From Hormoscilla sp. (GTDB lineage Bacteria > Cyanobacteriota > Cyanobacteriia > Cyanobacteriales > Desertifilaceae), in NCBI GenBank assembly GCA_051439505.1, contig JBFRWI010000232.1, forward strand, positions 1 to 45,306: a DNA stretch of 45,306 bases, read 5' to 3'. Each line of letters begins with the position of its first letter. Position 1 is the stretch's first letter. The notes beneath the pieces were generated by a model. It had not been told where the DNA came from. It did no database searches and worked only from the letters and a program-made list of their open reading frames with translations. This document shows positions 18,716 through 28,699 of this stretch, in pieces. A program made the position numbers and the translations under genes.

Positions 18716-21700
18716 AGTAAAGACAACACCTTATCAAACTCAAAGTTATCCAGACAAGTTTTCAGGGCCGCAGCCAGAGGGGCATTCTGGCTACTAATAT
18801 CTTCCGTTACAGTAGTCATTAAGTCTAAATCTCCTTCTAATAACGCCTGTTCTAAACTCGCTATTAATTCCCCTGGTAATGCTGATATCGCCTCCGCCGT
18901 CATCACTTCTTCATCGGAAATGCCTTGCTGTTCATCGGTTTTCCGTTCCTCTTCGTACACATAACTCACCCCTATATGGGTGTTCATCATCTCGAATATT
19001 TCTGTTTCCCGAAAGGGCTTCCGCAGAAAATCATCACACCCCGCTTCTATTACCACCGCTTTTTCTTCTTCTAATACGTTGGCCGTCAGGGCGATGATTT
19101 TTGCAGTTTCCCCTTTGGGACTGGCTTTAATAGCTCTGGTGGCTTCGTAACCGTCCATCACGGGCATGCGCATATCCATCCAGATCAGATCCGGCTCCCA
19201 TTCGGAGAAGATCTCCACAGCTTCTTGCCCGTTGTTCGCTTCCTTGAGCTCAAACCCCAGGGGGTTCAGCAACTCGATCAATAGTTTGCGGTTGATGGGT
19301 TTGTCATCTACGATCAAAATCCGGTACCGGGGTTGGTTGGGTGCCAAGGCGATGATTTGGCGAGTGGGTTTGTTGCTCTCTATGTCCGCCCCTTCTACCC
19401 GGGGAACCTCTATGTCAAAGTAGAAAACCGTGCCTTTCCCTACTTGAGACCTCACTCCCATGTCTCCACCCATTAATTGCACGAATTGCCGACTGATGGG
19501 TAGCCCTAAACCCGTTCCTTCTTGAGCTTGTTTTCCCGTGCTGGTTTGCACGAAGGCTTCAAATAGACTGTCTATTTCCTCCGGGGCGATCCCGGCCCCC
19601 GTGTCGGCGATTTCAAAATGTATTGCTACTCGTTCATTGCCTGGGTCTTGGATGTGGTCAAAACCCGTCCCAGTGGTCGGATCCCCCCAAACCCCCCTTA
19701 AGAAGGGGGGCTTTGAAGCCCCCCCTTTTGCAAGGGGGGGTTTGGGGGGGATCCCTGCTACCGTCGCCCCCACCGACACCCCTCCCTCTTTGGTGAACTT
19801 CAGGGCGTTGTTTAGTAGGTTGATGATCACTTGACGTAGCTTTACTGCGTCCGTGCGGATGTATCGGGGCACCTCTGGAGACCTGTCGCAGGCCAACTGC
19901 AAGCCTTTCTCCTTTGCTTTCAGCCCGAACATGTCTTCCATATCGTCCAGCAGGCGATAGAGATCGAAGTTCTTTTCATTGAGGGTGGTTTTCCCTGACT
20001 CGATCTTGGATAAGTCGAGGACGTTGTTGATCAAGGTCAGCAGATGTTCCCCACTGCGGGTGATGATGCCCAAGTTTTCCGCATATTCTTTACTCAGACC
20101 CCGACTGCGCAGCATTAGTTGAGAAAATCCCAATATGGCGTTCAAGGGACTGCGCAGTTCGTGAGACATGTTGGCGATAAAGGTACTTTTCGCTTTGTTG
20201 GCGGACTGTGCCTCTTCGGTGGCGGCGGCCAGTTCTGCCGTGCGTTCTTCTACTTTTACCTCCAAGCTGTGGCTGTAGTCTTCTAACTGGGTATATAGTT
20301 GGGCGTTTTCGATGGAAATGGCAGCTTGAGTGGAGAGGGTTTGCAACAGTTCCACCCGATCGCGCGTAAATGTGTTGGTCGCCAGGTTATTTTCCAGATA
20401 GAGAATGCCGCTAACGCGATTTTGGTTCACCAGAGGAGTGCAAAGTATGGATTTCGGTTTATTGACAATGATATAGGGATCCCGGGTATATTCTCCTTCA
20501 TTGGCAGCATCGTTTAAGATCGCATCCTTCTTCGTGCGATCGACATAATTAATAATCCCTAAAGGAAGCAATGCACTGTCTGGTGCTTCAGTTTCGATGG
20601 GAATGGATTGTAATATTCTCCCTTCCCTATTGTCAACGTTCCCTTCCGCTTCAATAAACCAACCCTCGCCTCTTTTCAGGAGGAGAAAGCCTTTTTCTGC
20701 CCCCGCATTTGCGATCGCGATTTCCATGAGTTTCCCCAGCAAGTTTTTCAAGACAATTTCTCCTGCCAGGGTTTGCGAGGATTGAATTACTGTAGCAATG
20801 TCAAGTGATTCTGTTGCCCTTCCCGTCGTGGTCCCGATCGTCCCTTGAGATCCGGAAGATTGAGAGACGAACCATTGGGGATACTTTTCTTCTAACTGTT
20901 CGACTTTCCGTTTTGCGCCCCAGATTTGATAGCCTTGACGTGCCTTTCTCATATAGAGTTTGGCAAAATCCTCTTTCCCTCGTGACAGCCAGAATTTAGC
21001 CGCAAGTTCGTTGCCTAATGCTTCGTTTTGGATGAACTCGTGTTCTTTGGCGGATTCTATCGCGCGATCGTATAGTTCCACTGCCTCTGGCCATTTATCG
21101 GAAATGCGAGCCATTTCTGCCGCGACTAGGAGATATTTATGAAGAAAATTTTCCGGGCAATGCTCCGCCCAATTTTTCATATCTTTTTGGTTTGTTTCTA
21201 ATTGCTGCCAATAACATTTGCGCTCTTCTAATGATGCTTCCAAATAATAGTAAATCAGTGTTAGCGAGTAATAAAAATTATGCTTTGCTATGGATATAGT
21301 TGCTGGAATATAATCACACAACTTAGTTGTCCGTTCTAATACGGTTAATTTAGCCGGTTTTTCGTATATGTAAAGAACTTGAATTTTCAATATCTCATAA
21401 AAACAGAGGGCTGCCATTGTTTTAGTTCTTTCACAAGTTTCAATAAAATCTGATTCAGATACGTCCTCTAATTCAAAACAAAATTGATCTTGACTTTTTC
21501 CAACTAAGTTTTTGATAATTATCTTAGCTGCTAGTATACAATTAGTTGCCCAGGAATTCTGAGTTTCTTGACTAAAACTAAGACTGCGCTCTATTTCTTT
21601 TAGGATTATTTCTAAATTTATTCCCTGATATATAATGCTATATAATTTATAAGTTAGGGTATAACCAACAAATTGAAAATCTCCAACTTGTAAACTGACA

Positions 21701-24700
21701 TCAACTCCTTCATCATTAACCTTCTCTGATAATTTAATATGAACTAACCAAGGCATCGTCATATTCCCATGAAGCTGACATGCTAATCCCTTAGACGCTA
21801 AATCTTGATACTTATCGGATAACTTCATACCAAGAGAGCCAAATTCATAACCTGCACGATAGTCTTTGAGAGCATAAGCATTAATTGCTCCAAAAAAACT
21901 ATAGGCCATTGGAGATATTGATGTATGTCCGTATTTTATACTAAGATTCACCATCTTGCTCCCAACAATACACATCAATCTTGAATCTAATATCCAAGTA
22001 GCAGCAAAAATACGAGATAGTATTTTTAAGACTGCTCTTTTGTCTAATTGCTGCATTTCAGAACTGTTATATAATTCCTCGATCGAGCGATTACCTATGC
22101 TTTGACGATATTCCATCAATTCTTCTCCAAAAGCCGTTTGCAAGTCGTCTTTTGGCAAATTACTTCCAAGTGTTTGAAGAGCAACCCTTCCCAATTCTAT
22201 CGCCTCTTTAATTTGCCCTTGTAATGTGACTTGAACAATTTGGAGATAGTAAAATTCTGCACTATCAAGGGGTGATTGCGCTTGCTCGATGGCTCGTTTA
22301 ATTAAGCTCTGTGATTCTAGAAAATTTCCATTTAGATACTCAATTTCAGCGAGTTCCTTATAAAGCTCAAATGCCATTTTATAGCAAGTTGTCCAAATAT
22401 CCCCAGGAAATTCATTTTTAGCAGTCATAAGATAATCTCTAGCTGCTGTATAAGCAATCGCTTCTTTCGCTTTTTTCCCTGCATATAAATTAATGTCTAA
22501 TATCTCGATCTTTTCTGCTTTATCTTCTACTAGATCCAGTCCTTTATTAAAGTGATCGACTAAAGTAAATATTTTTTCTTGTTGTTCATTTTTATTAAGG
22601 TTTGCCTGTAATAATTTACCAATTTGCAGATGAACAGTTTTCCGACTATCGCGATCTATAAGATTATAAGCTGCTTGTTGGATTCGATCGTGCCGAAATT
22701 TATAATCTTGAATCACTAAGGTTGAGTCAACTGGAGCTTCCGGGGTTGTTTGTAGCTCTGAAGTCGGTTGAACCAATCCTTGTTGGATCGCCGGTAAAAG
22801 GTCTCTAAAAGTTTCTGGAGGAGATTTTTCATAAATAATCGAGAGCGTATCTAGATCGAATTTATTACCGATACAAGCACTCAAACGCAAGGTCTTCTGC
22901 GTTTCCTCTGAAAGCGTTCTCAATTTGCCAATCATTAAATCTACCACATTATCGGTAATACCTAGCGCTTTTATTTCAGCTATATCCCACTCCCAACCTC
23001 GACTATTGCTATTGAATGTTAAGAGTTTTTCTTGCTCAATCGTTTTGATAAATTCATTAACAAAGAAGGGATTACCAGAAGTTTTTTGTATTATTAACTC
23101 TGTTAGGGAAATAACCGTTTCTGGTCCGCAATCAAGTGTTTCTACGAGAAGTTGAGTAATATCCTCTGATTTTAGAGGCATTAAACTAATCAGATTGACA
23201 ATCGCACCTTGTTTTCTCAATCGTTCAATTAAAACTATCGTTGGATGATTTGCATCCACTTCATTATCTCGATAGGCCCCCAGTAAAAGTAAGGACTCGA
23301 TCTGACTATCTGTCATCATTAACTCGATCAATTTTAGAGTCCCAAAATCTGCCCATTGCAGGTCGTCTAAAAAGAGAATTATAGGATGCGACTTCTGGCA
23401 AAATACCCGGATAAAATTCTGAAAAACTTGATTGAAGCGATTTTGAGCCTGGGAGGGTTCTAGAGGTTTAATTGGAGGTTGAGAACCAATAATTTGTTCA
23501 ATTTCCGGAATCACGTCAACAATCACTTGTCCGTTAATTCCCAAAGCTTTTTCTAGCCTCTCCCGCCATTGGTTCAATTGAGCTTTGCTTTCTGTTAGCA
23601 ACTGTCCCACGAGGGATTGAAAAGCCGAAACAATAGCCGAATAAGGAATATTGCGTTGAAATTGGTCAAATTTCCCAGCTATAAAATAACCCCGTTTTTG
23701 GGATAAAGGTTTATACAATTCTTGAATTAGTGCGGTTTTCCCAATACCAGAATATCCGCCTACTAACATCATTTCAACGCGATTTTGAGTTGCTTCTGTT
23801 TCATCTTGTGGAATTTCTGGCTGGGTAACTCTCCTAAATGTTGCCAGTAATTGCTCGATTTCTAAATCGCGACCGTAGAGTTTCTGGGGGATTTGTAGTT
23901 GCTCGACTAAGTCGTAACGGGCGAGAGGAAATTCGGCAATTTCTCCAGTTTCTTTTAACTGGGAGTAACAGTTTTCTAAATCTGCTTTCAGTCCCGAGGC
24001 ACTTTGATAACGTTCCTCTGCTGTTTTTGCTAGCAACTTCATCACTATTTTAGAGATTGCTGTGGGAATTGATGACTCAATTTTGTGAGGTGCAATGGGT
24101 TCTCGTGCCATATGGCAATGAACCAACTCTAGTGGATCTTTGCTGTCAAAGAGTAACTGATGAGTTAATAGTTTATAAAAAGTTGCTCCTAGAGAATACA
24201 AGTCAGTCCTGTAATCAACAGCTCGATTCATTCTCCCAGTTTGCTCTGGAGAGATATATGCTAACGTTCCTTCTAAAACATCCGGATTTTTAATGATTGG
24301 ATTTTCTCTGGCAAAGATGCTAGAAATCCCAAAGTCGATAATCTTGACTTGCCCTGTTTCAGTATTTAAAATAATATTAGCCGGATTAATATCCTTATGA
24401 ATAATATTATTCCCATTAATTTCTTCTAGAGCTTTGGCAAGTTGAATGGCAATCTCAAGAAATTCTAAATGAGTAAAACTCCCAGATTGCAAAAATATAT
24501 CTAGAGATTGACCGCCGAAATCTTCTAAAACAATGGCAAGGGTATTTTCATAAGGTAGCAGATCGTAAGCAGCGATCGCTCCTTCGATATTGATAGATCG
24601 AGTGATTTCGTATTCTTGCTTGTATCGCGTCAGTTCCGAAGGAGTAGGATAATCCTGTTTGAGCACTTTTAAGATCACAGTGCGATCGTCTGTCTTATCT

Positions 24701-24774
24701 TTAGCACGATAAACTAGAGATTTTGCACTCTCGTAAATTCTGGCAACAATTTGATAATCTGCAACTGTACTCAT
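18712..24774 (-). CDS. Multidomain hybrid kinase: Ser/Thr kinase - AAA ATPase - helical region - GAF - His kinase - receiver
   Basis: IHKDINPAN, IIDFG, GTLAYISPEQ; Walker A GYSGIGKT and Walker B LFLDDLQWAD; GAF SILCTPL...GILYLENN; H-box MSHELRSPLNAILGF; NALKFT, DTGAGI, GTGLGL; REC ILIVDD, WMDMRMP, KPF; start 24774 or 24852. Confidence 0.95.
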   Translation of the reverse strand: MSTVADYQIVARIYESAKSLVYRAKDKTDDRTVILKVLKQDYPTPSELTRYKQEYEITRSINIEGAIAAYDLLPYENTLAIVLEDFGGQSLDIFLQSGSFTHLEFLEIAIQLAKALEEINGNNIIHKDINPANIILNTETGQVKIIDFGISSIFARENPIIKNPDVLEGTLAYISPEQTGRMNRAVDYRTDLYSLGATFYKLLTHQLLFDSKDPLELVHCHMAREPIAPHKIESSIPTAISKIVMKLLAKTAEERYQSASGLKADLENCYSQLKETGEIAEFPLARYDLVEQLQIPQKLYGRDLEIEQLLATFRRVTQPEIPQDETEATQNRVEMMLVGGYSGIGKTALIQELYKPLSQKRGYFIAGKFDQFQRNIPYSAIVSAFQSLVGQLLTESKAQLNQWRERLEKALGINGQVIVDVIPEIEQIIGSQPPIKPLEPSQAQNRFNQVFQNFIRVFCQKSHPIILFLDDLQWADFGTLKLIELMMTDSQIESLLLLGAYRDNEVDANHPTIVLIERLRKQGAIVNLISLMPLKSEDITQLLVETLDCGPETVISLTELIIQKTSGNPFFVNEFIKTIEQEKLLTFNSNSRGWEWDIAEIKALGITDNVVDLMIGKLRTLSEETQKTLRLSACIGNKFDLDTLSIIYEKSPPETFRDLLPAIQQGLVQPTSELQTTPEAPVDSTLVIQDYKFRHDRIQQAAYNLIDRDSRKTVHLQIGKLLQANLNKNEQQEKIFTLVDHFNKGLDLVEDKAEKIEILDINLYAGKKAKEAIAYTAARDYLMTAKNEFPGDIWTTCYKMAFELYKELAEIEYLNGNFLESQSLIKRAIEQAQSPLDSAEFYYLQIVQVTLQGQIKEAIELGRVALQTLGSNLPKDDLQTAFGEELMEYRQSIGNRSIEELYNSSEMQQLDKRAVLKILSRIFAATWILDSRLMCIVGSKMVNLSIKYGHTSISPMAYSFFGAINAYALKDYRAGYEFGSLGMKLSDKYQDLASKGLACQLHGNMTMPWLVHIKLSEKVNDEGVDVSLQVGDFQFVGYTLTYKLYSIIYQGINLEIILKEIERSLSFSQETQNSWATNCILAAKIIIKNLVGKSQDQFCFELEDVSESDFIETCERTKTMAALCFYEILKIQVLYIYEKPAKLTVLERTTKLCDYIPATISIAKHNFYYSLTLIYYYLEASLEERKCYWQQLETNQKDMKNWAEHCPENFLHKYLLVAAEMARISDKWPEAVELYDRAIESAKEHEFIQNEALGNELAAKFWLSRGKEDFAKLYMRKARQGYQIWGAKRKVEQLEEKYPQWFVSQSSGSQGTIGTTTGRATESLDIATVIQSSQTLAGEIVLKNLLGKLMEIAIANAGAEKGFLLLKRGEGWFIEAEGNVDNREGRILQSIPIETEAPDSALLPLGIINYVDRTKKDAILNDAANEGEYTRDPYIIVNKPKSILCTPLVNQNRVSGILYLENNLATNTFTRDRVELLQTLSTQAAISIENAQLYTQLEDYSHSLEVKVEERTAELAAATEEAQSANKAKSTFIANMSHELRSPLNAILGFSQLMLRSRGLSKEYAENLGIITRSGEHLLTLINNVLDLSKIESGKTTLNEKNFDLYRLLDDMEDMFGLKAKEKGLQLACDRSPEVPRYIRTDAVKLRQVIINLLNNALKFTKEGGVSVGATVAGIPPKPPLAKGGASKPPFLRGVWGDPTTGTGFDHIQDPGNERVAIHFEIADTGAGIAPEEIDSLFEAFVQTSTGKQAQEGTGLGLPISRQFVQLMGGDMGVRSQVGKGTVFYFDIEVPRVEGADIESNKPTRQIIALAPNQPRYRILIVDDKPINRKLLIELLNPLGFELKEANNGQEAVEIFSEWEPDLIWMDMRMPVMDGYEATRAIKASPKGETAKIIALTANVLEEEKAVVIEAGCDDFLRKPFRETEIFEMMNTHIGVSYVYEEERKTDEQQGISDEEVMTAEAISALPGELIASLEQALLEGDLDLMTTVTEDISSQNAPLAAALKTCLDNFEFDKVLSLL
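19650..19755 (-). mobile_element. Internally deleted MITE copy inserted in frame in the kinase gene
   Basis: Reverse complement matches the core and right end of the 17880-18030 element; translated as GIPPKPPLAKGGASKPPFLRGVWGDPTTGTGFDHI. Confidence 0.85.
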
Positions 24775-24943
24775 TTTGCTTCCTTGTAAACTTGCGATTG
24801 CTTGGCTATCTAAGATAATTATGGCATCTTCTGCATCAAATTGTCTCATCATCTCCTGGGGGGGCGATCGCCCCCCTCAACGAACCCGGTAGGAAGGGTT
24901 TGTCCTACCTGCTTCTCCTCATGTTGATTGTATTTCTCGCGAT

Positions 24944-25567
24944 TTATGAAGCACCAAAGGGAATATATAGAGAAGGAGGAAGATAGTTACCTCCGGTATC
25001 TATATTTTGAGCCCAATTTAATAACTGCGGTTCCGTGACCGTGTATTCATTCAAAGCGGGACGAGGTGGATAAGCAATCTCTGCAACATACTGACGATAT
25101 CCCGTCTCAATAAAGCTTCCTACAAATTCTGGGATCACCCGACATGTGAACATTTTTGCAAACTCGGGATCTTTTGTGAAAACAAAGTCTTCATCAGATA
25201 GCTTCTTCAACACCTCTGCTAAAGTCACCTCAATTCCGTTGTCTTTGAGATACGGAACATCATCATTGTTTCCCAAAAGCATCGATTGGATATACCCTGA
25301 CAACAAGTTGGCTGTCTCTTTTGCGTTTTCGTCATCGTAAGACTCATATGCTATTGTATTGAGACCTTGCTGTTGGAACGTGGCATTGAAGAATTTCTTC
25401 AGAGCCAACTCTTGTTTTGCCTTGCTCGGATCGTCCTTGAAAGCGAGGAGATCGGTCCACGACCATGCAATTATTCGAGACCACTGCATTGTCACATCCT
25501 TGATTTTGGATTTGTCGGCAGGATTTTGTAAAGAATATGGCAACGACGTTTCCCAGTTGTATGTCAT
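24944..25567 (-). CDS. Hypothetical protein with NHLP/nitrile-hydratase-alpha-like leader motifs; candidate YcaO substrate
   Basis: Strong AGGAG RBS; WSRIIAWSWTD and IAYPPRP resemble the AxxxAxAWxD and LxLPxRP leader motifs; located in the YcaO cluster. Confidence 0.5.
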   Translation of the reverse strand: MTYNWETSLPYSLQNPADKSKIKDVTMQWSRIIAWSWTDLLAFKDDPSKAKQELALKKFFNATFQQQGLNTIAYESYDDENAKETANLLSGYIQSMLLGNNDDVPYLKDNGIEVTLAEVLKKLSDEDFVFTKDPEFAKMFTCRVIPEFVGSFIETGYRQYVAEIAYPPRPALNEYTVTEPQLLNWAQNIDTGGNYLPPSLYIPFGAS

Positions 25568-25649
25568 TGTAACTGTCTCCTAGAATAAAGGTGGATAGAT
25601 TGACAAGCCAAACCAGTCGAAGAGTATTGTTGATTTACTCAGCATTTCT

Positions 25650-27362
25650 TTAATTATCAGGACTCTGAGCATAGTTTAGCAAGAAGCTAAAATCTGCGTG
25701 AATCTTTGGCAGATTTGGCTTAAATGGTACATTTCCCCAACTTGGCAGATCTGCCTTCACGTGACAATTAATGCAGGAAGTCCCTATGGGTGGATCTGTC
25801 TGAACGTAAGGTTCCAGAGCGACATTCGCTAAGTCTGCTGACGGTAGAATAGTCGGCTGTTCGTAGGGAAAATTGGGAGAGTTTAACCATTGTACCCCAA
25901 TCAGCTCGTATTTTTGCCAAATTGAATCTGATTTTATTTCCCCTAGTGCTTCTTGCCACTCGTCATTCAACGATTTAGCAACATTAGTAATTGGAATCAC
26001 GCGGGTGATTTGGGATGGGATTTGTTCTTTCAGCTTACCATCTTTTTTTGTTACTGCATGAGGATATTCATCACGCCAAAGGTATGGTTTTTCCGCGTAG
26101 GGGTGATTTTCCTCGCAGTTTTCCTTACAGCCAGGATTAAATAGATTGTAGTAAGGTTTGTCACTTGTTTGGCCTTCATCTGGTGCATTGTCCAAATGCT
26201 CGAATGTTGCCCAAGACCAACCCTGCTGGCTAGTTTTCTGGACAATATGAAAACCAATTAAGGCAACCGGGACAGTTACCTCTTTTTCCTTAGCACCATC
26301 TGCGGTCATATCTTCTTTAACCAAGAAGGTACGAAAGGTCGTGTAATACTTAGACTCGATCGTACCAGGTATTGGATCTGGCAAAACCATCCAAGCTGCC
26401 TTGAGTTCGATCGCACCAACATCATTATTGTCCAAGCAGGGGAACCGATCTTCATAGGTGCCATCTGGATCCATCTGACTACATACTAAGGCAAAGGGGT
26501 TAGCAGCAGGGTCTGCTGGGGCATCAACATTGTTGTTGAAGCCTTGCAGGTTAGCGGCAGAATACCACTCGTTATCAACTATTTGCCCGACCTCTATCGG
26601 GTTCAGGCGAATCTCGCTGAGAATATAATTCTTGGATTGGTCAACTAATACCTCGCGATCTGGGAGTTTAATAGATATTGCACGGTCAATCTCTTCCGCA
26701 ATTTTGGGCTCTTGTTGTTGTTTGAATCGCTCAACATCTCGCTCAACATCTTGTAGGAACAATTGCAGGGATTCAAACACTTCCGTACCCACTCTATCGT
26801 TGAACCTATCTATTTCCCCTGCTGCTTCACCTAGGCGAATTTTTGGCGAGGCATTTTGAATATTTTGGAAGCCTGCTTTTTCTTCACATTGTGGCGGGAC
26901 TGTTGGTATAACAGGACTGGGATCTTTTCCCTCTGGCAGAAATATCTGCTCTGGATCATTATAGAATTCCCAAACGCGAGGAGCATCTGATGCTTCGCCA
27001 ATGTTATTTCCTAAAGGTTTACCCTCACAGTCTGCTGGCCAATTCAAAGCCACAAAAGCTTGCCATGCAAACTCACCAAAGGCAATTTCCGGATTATAGG
27101 GGGGCAAACTGGAACTCCTCTTGGGATTAACTGGAATCTGAGAGGTTATCTCTGGTGCTGGTACAGATTTCTGATTATCGGTGAAAAAACTGGAACTCCT
27201 CTTTGGATTAACCGGAATCTGAGAGGTTATCTCTGGTGCCGGTACAGAACTAGCACGGGACCAAGCATTTTCAGCAAATAGCACCCAGGAACTGCAACCA
27301 ACTACCAAAGCCAGAATTGTCACCCAAATCGTCACCAGGCTTTGATTCTGTTTCATCTTCAT
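25650..27362 (-). CDS. Exported protein with a single C-terminal CxxCH (cytochrome c family)
   Basis: Hydrophobic N-terminal signal (possible VVGC lipobox); FAWQAFVALNWP, IELKAAW, WATFEH, TSCINCH, ADFSFLL; start 27362 or 27389. Confidence 0.65.
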   Translation of the reverse strand: MKMKQNQSLVTIWVTILALVVGCSSWVLFAENAWSRASSVPAPEITSQIPVNPKRSSSFFTDNQKSVPAPEITSQIPVNPKRSSSLPPYNPEIAFGEFAWQAFVALNWPADCEGKPLGNNIGEASDAPRVWEFYNDPEQIFLPEGKDPSPVIPTVPPQCEEKAGFQNIQNASPKIRLGEAAGEIDRFNDRVGTEVFESLQLFLQDVERDVERFKQQQEPKIAEEIDRAISIKLPDREVLVDQSKNYILSEIRLNPIEVGQIVDNEWYSAANLQGFNNNVDAPADPAANPFALVCSQMDPDGTYEDRFPCLDNNDVGAIELKAAWMVLPDPIPGTIESKYYTTFRTFLVKEDMTADGAKEKEVTVPVALIGFHIVQKTSQQGWSWATFEHLDNAPDEGQTSDKPYYNLFNPGCKENCEENHPYAEKPYLWRDEYPHAVTKKDGKLKEQIPSQITRVIPITNVAKSLNDEWQEALGEIKSDSIWQKYELIGVQWLNSPNFPYEQPTILPSADLANVALEPYVQTDPPIGTSCINCHVKADLPSWGNVPFKPNLPKIHADFSFLLNYAQSPDN

Positions 27363-27581
27363 TTTCAGCCAACGATTACAGTAATGCACTAAGCCACTCT
27401 ACGTCATTAACGATCTCTATCGTAAGCTTAACCGAGACTCAACGACTTGGATTGCTCACAGCTTCCCAATACTCTATCCCAACAACTTTTCTTTGTCAAG
27501 TCTTTTTCTGTCAATCTTGTCAATCTCTCTAAATTCCGTATTAATACTTGAATAGAGACAACCAAGGCGATCGCGAATGAG

Positions 27582-28670
27582 TCAATTTAACCCATAGAAT
27601 CTCCTGGGATTATCCCAAAGGATCTTCTGAAGAACTTTTTGGGATATTTTTCCCTCAAGGGCCACCATATCGGCAACAACATCAGGTTTGTGATCCATAT
27701 GGGGATAGTCGGAGCCAAAAATCAGATTATCTTCCCCAAGTTCCTCTAGCAGCTTGGGAATATAAGTTTCTGAGGGTTCCACAGCAATGAAGCACTGGCG
27801 GCGAAAATATTCTGACGGTTTCATCTTCACCCGATCGCCCACTTCCCACTGCAAGTCTTCGTACTCGCGATCGAGTCGCCACAACCAGTAAGGCAACCAA
27901 CCGCAACCGGATTCCAGAAATCCCACCCGCAGTTGAGGATGATTTTCCAACACTCCCCCTTCAATCAGCGTCAATAACGCCATCATTTGTTCCATGGGAT
28001 GAGAACAGGCATGGAGGGCAAAACGAGAATGGAAGCGATCGGCACCCGCACTGGGAACTTTGCTGTGAGTTGTCTCGTGTAGACTAACCGCAATGTCAAG
28101 TTTCTCACACTCCGTCCAAAACTGTCCGTAAGCCCGATCGCTGAGTAATCTGCCCTTCACGGGATTGGGGCGCAAATAGACAGCTTTCCAGCCAAAATCG
28201 GCAATCCGTCGCAACTCTAGCAGCATTTCTTCAGGATCGTGAAGATTAACCACACCCACCCCTTTTAATATTGCTGGGTTATAGCTACAAAAGTCTCGCA
28301 GCCAACTATTGTAAGCGCGGATATAAGCCCCGACTTGTGGGGAAGCCATTTGATCTACACCGCTAATCCATGAGAGATAAGTCGGATAAACAAAGGCAAT
28401 ATCGACACCCATTTGGTACATCGCTTGCACTTGCGATTCTGGGTTAAACTCCCGGGCCAAAGATTGAGGGTGCGATCGGGCCACTTCTTTAGCACCTTCA
28501 TCAACCAGCTTTTGAGAATATTTGTTCATGACGGATACCCCTTGAATCTTGAGATCCGGAGTGGGAGCCAAATCCCGAAAAGCCGGTTCTAGATAAGATT
28601 GCCACAGAGAATGGGGTTCGTAGACATGGGCGTCTGCATCAATGATTCTATAACCGTTTATCATGACCAA
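27582..28670 (-). CDS. Amidohydrolase_2-family metalloenzyme
   Basis: IIDADAHVYEP, SLHE, FLESGCGWLPY, FGSDYPH, ILWDNPRRFY. Confidence 0.92.
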   Translation of the reverse strand: MVMINGYRIIDADAHVYEPHSLWQSYLEPAFRDLAPTPDLKIQGVSVMNKYSQKLVDEGAKEVARSHPQSLAREFNPESQVQAMYQMGVDIAFVYPTYLSWISGVDQMASPQVGAYIRAYNSWLRDFCSYNPAILKGVGVVNLHDPEEMLLELRRIADFGWKAVYLRPNPVKGRLLSDRAYGQFWTECEKLDIAVSLHETTHSKVPSAGADRFHSRFALHACSHPMEQMMALLTLIEGGVLENHPQLRVGFLESGCGWLPYWLWRLDREYEDLQWEVGDRVKMKPSEYFRRQCFIAVEPSETYIPKLLEELGEDNLIFGSDYPHMDHKPDVVADMVALEGKISQKVLQKILWDNPRRFYGLN

Positions 28671-28699
28671 TAAGATAGAGATTGTTAAACATTCGCTCC

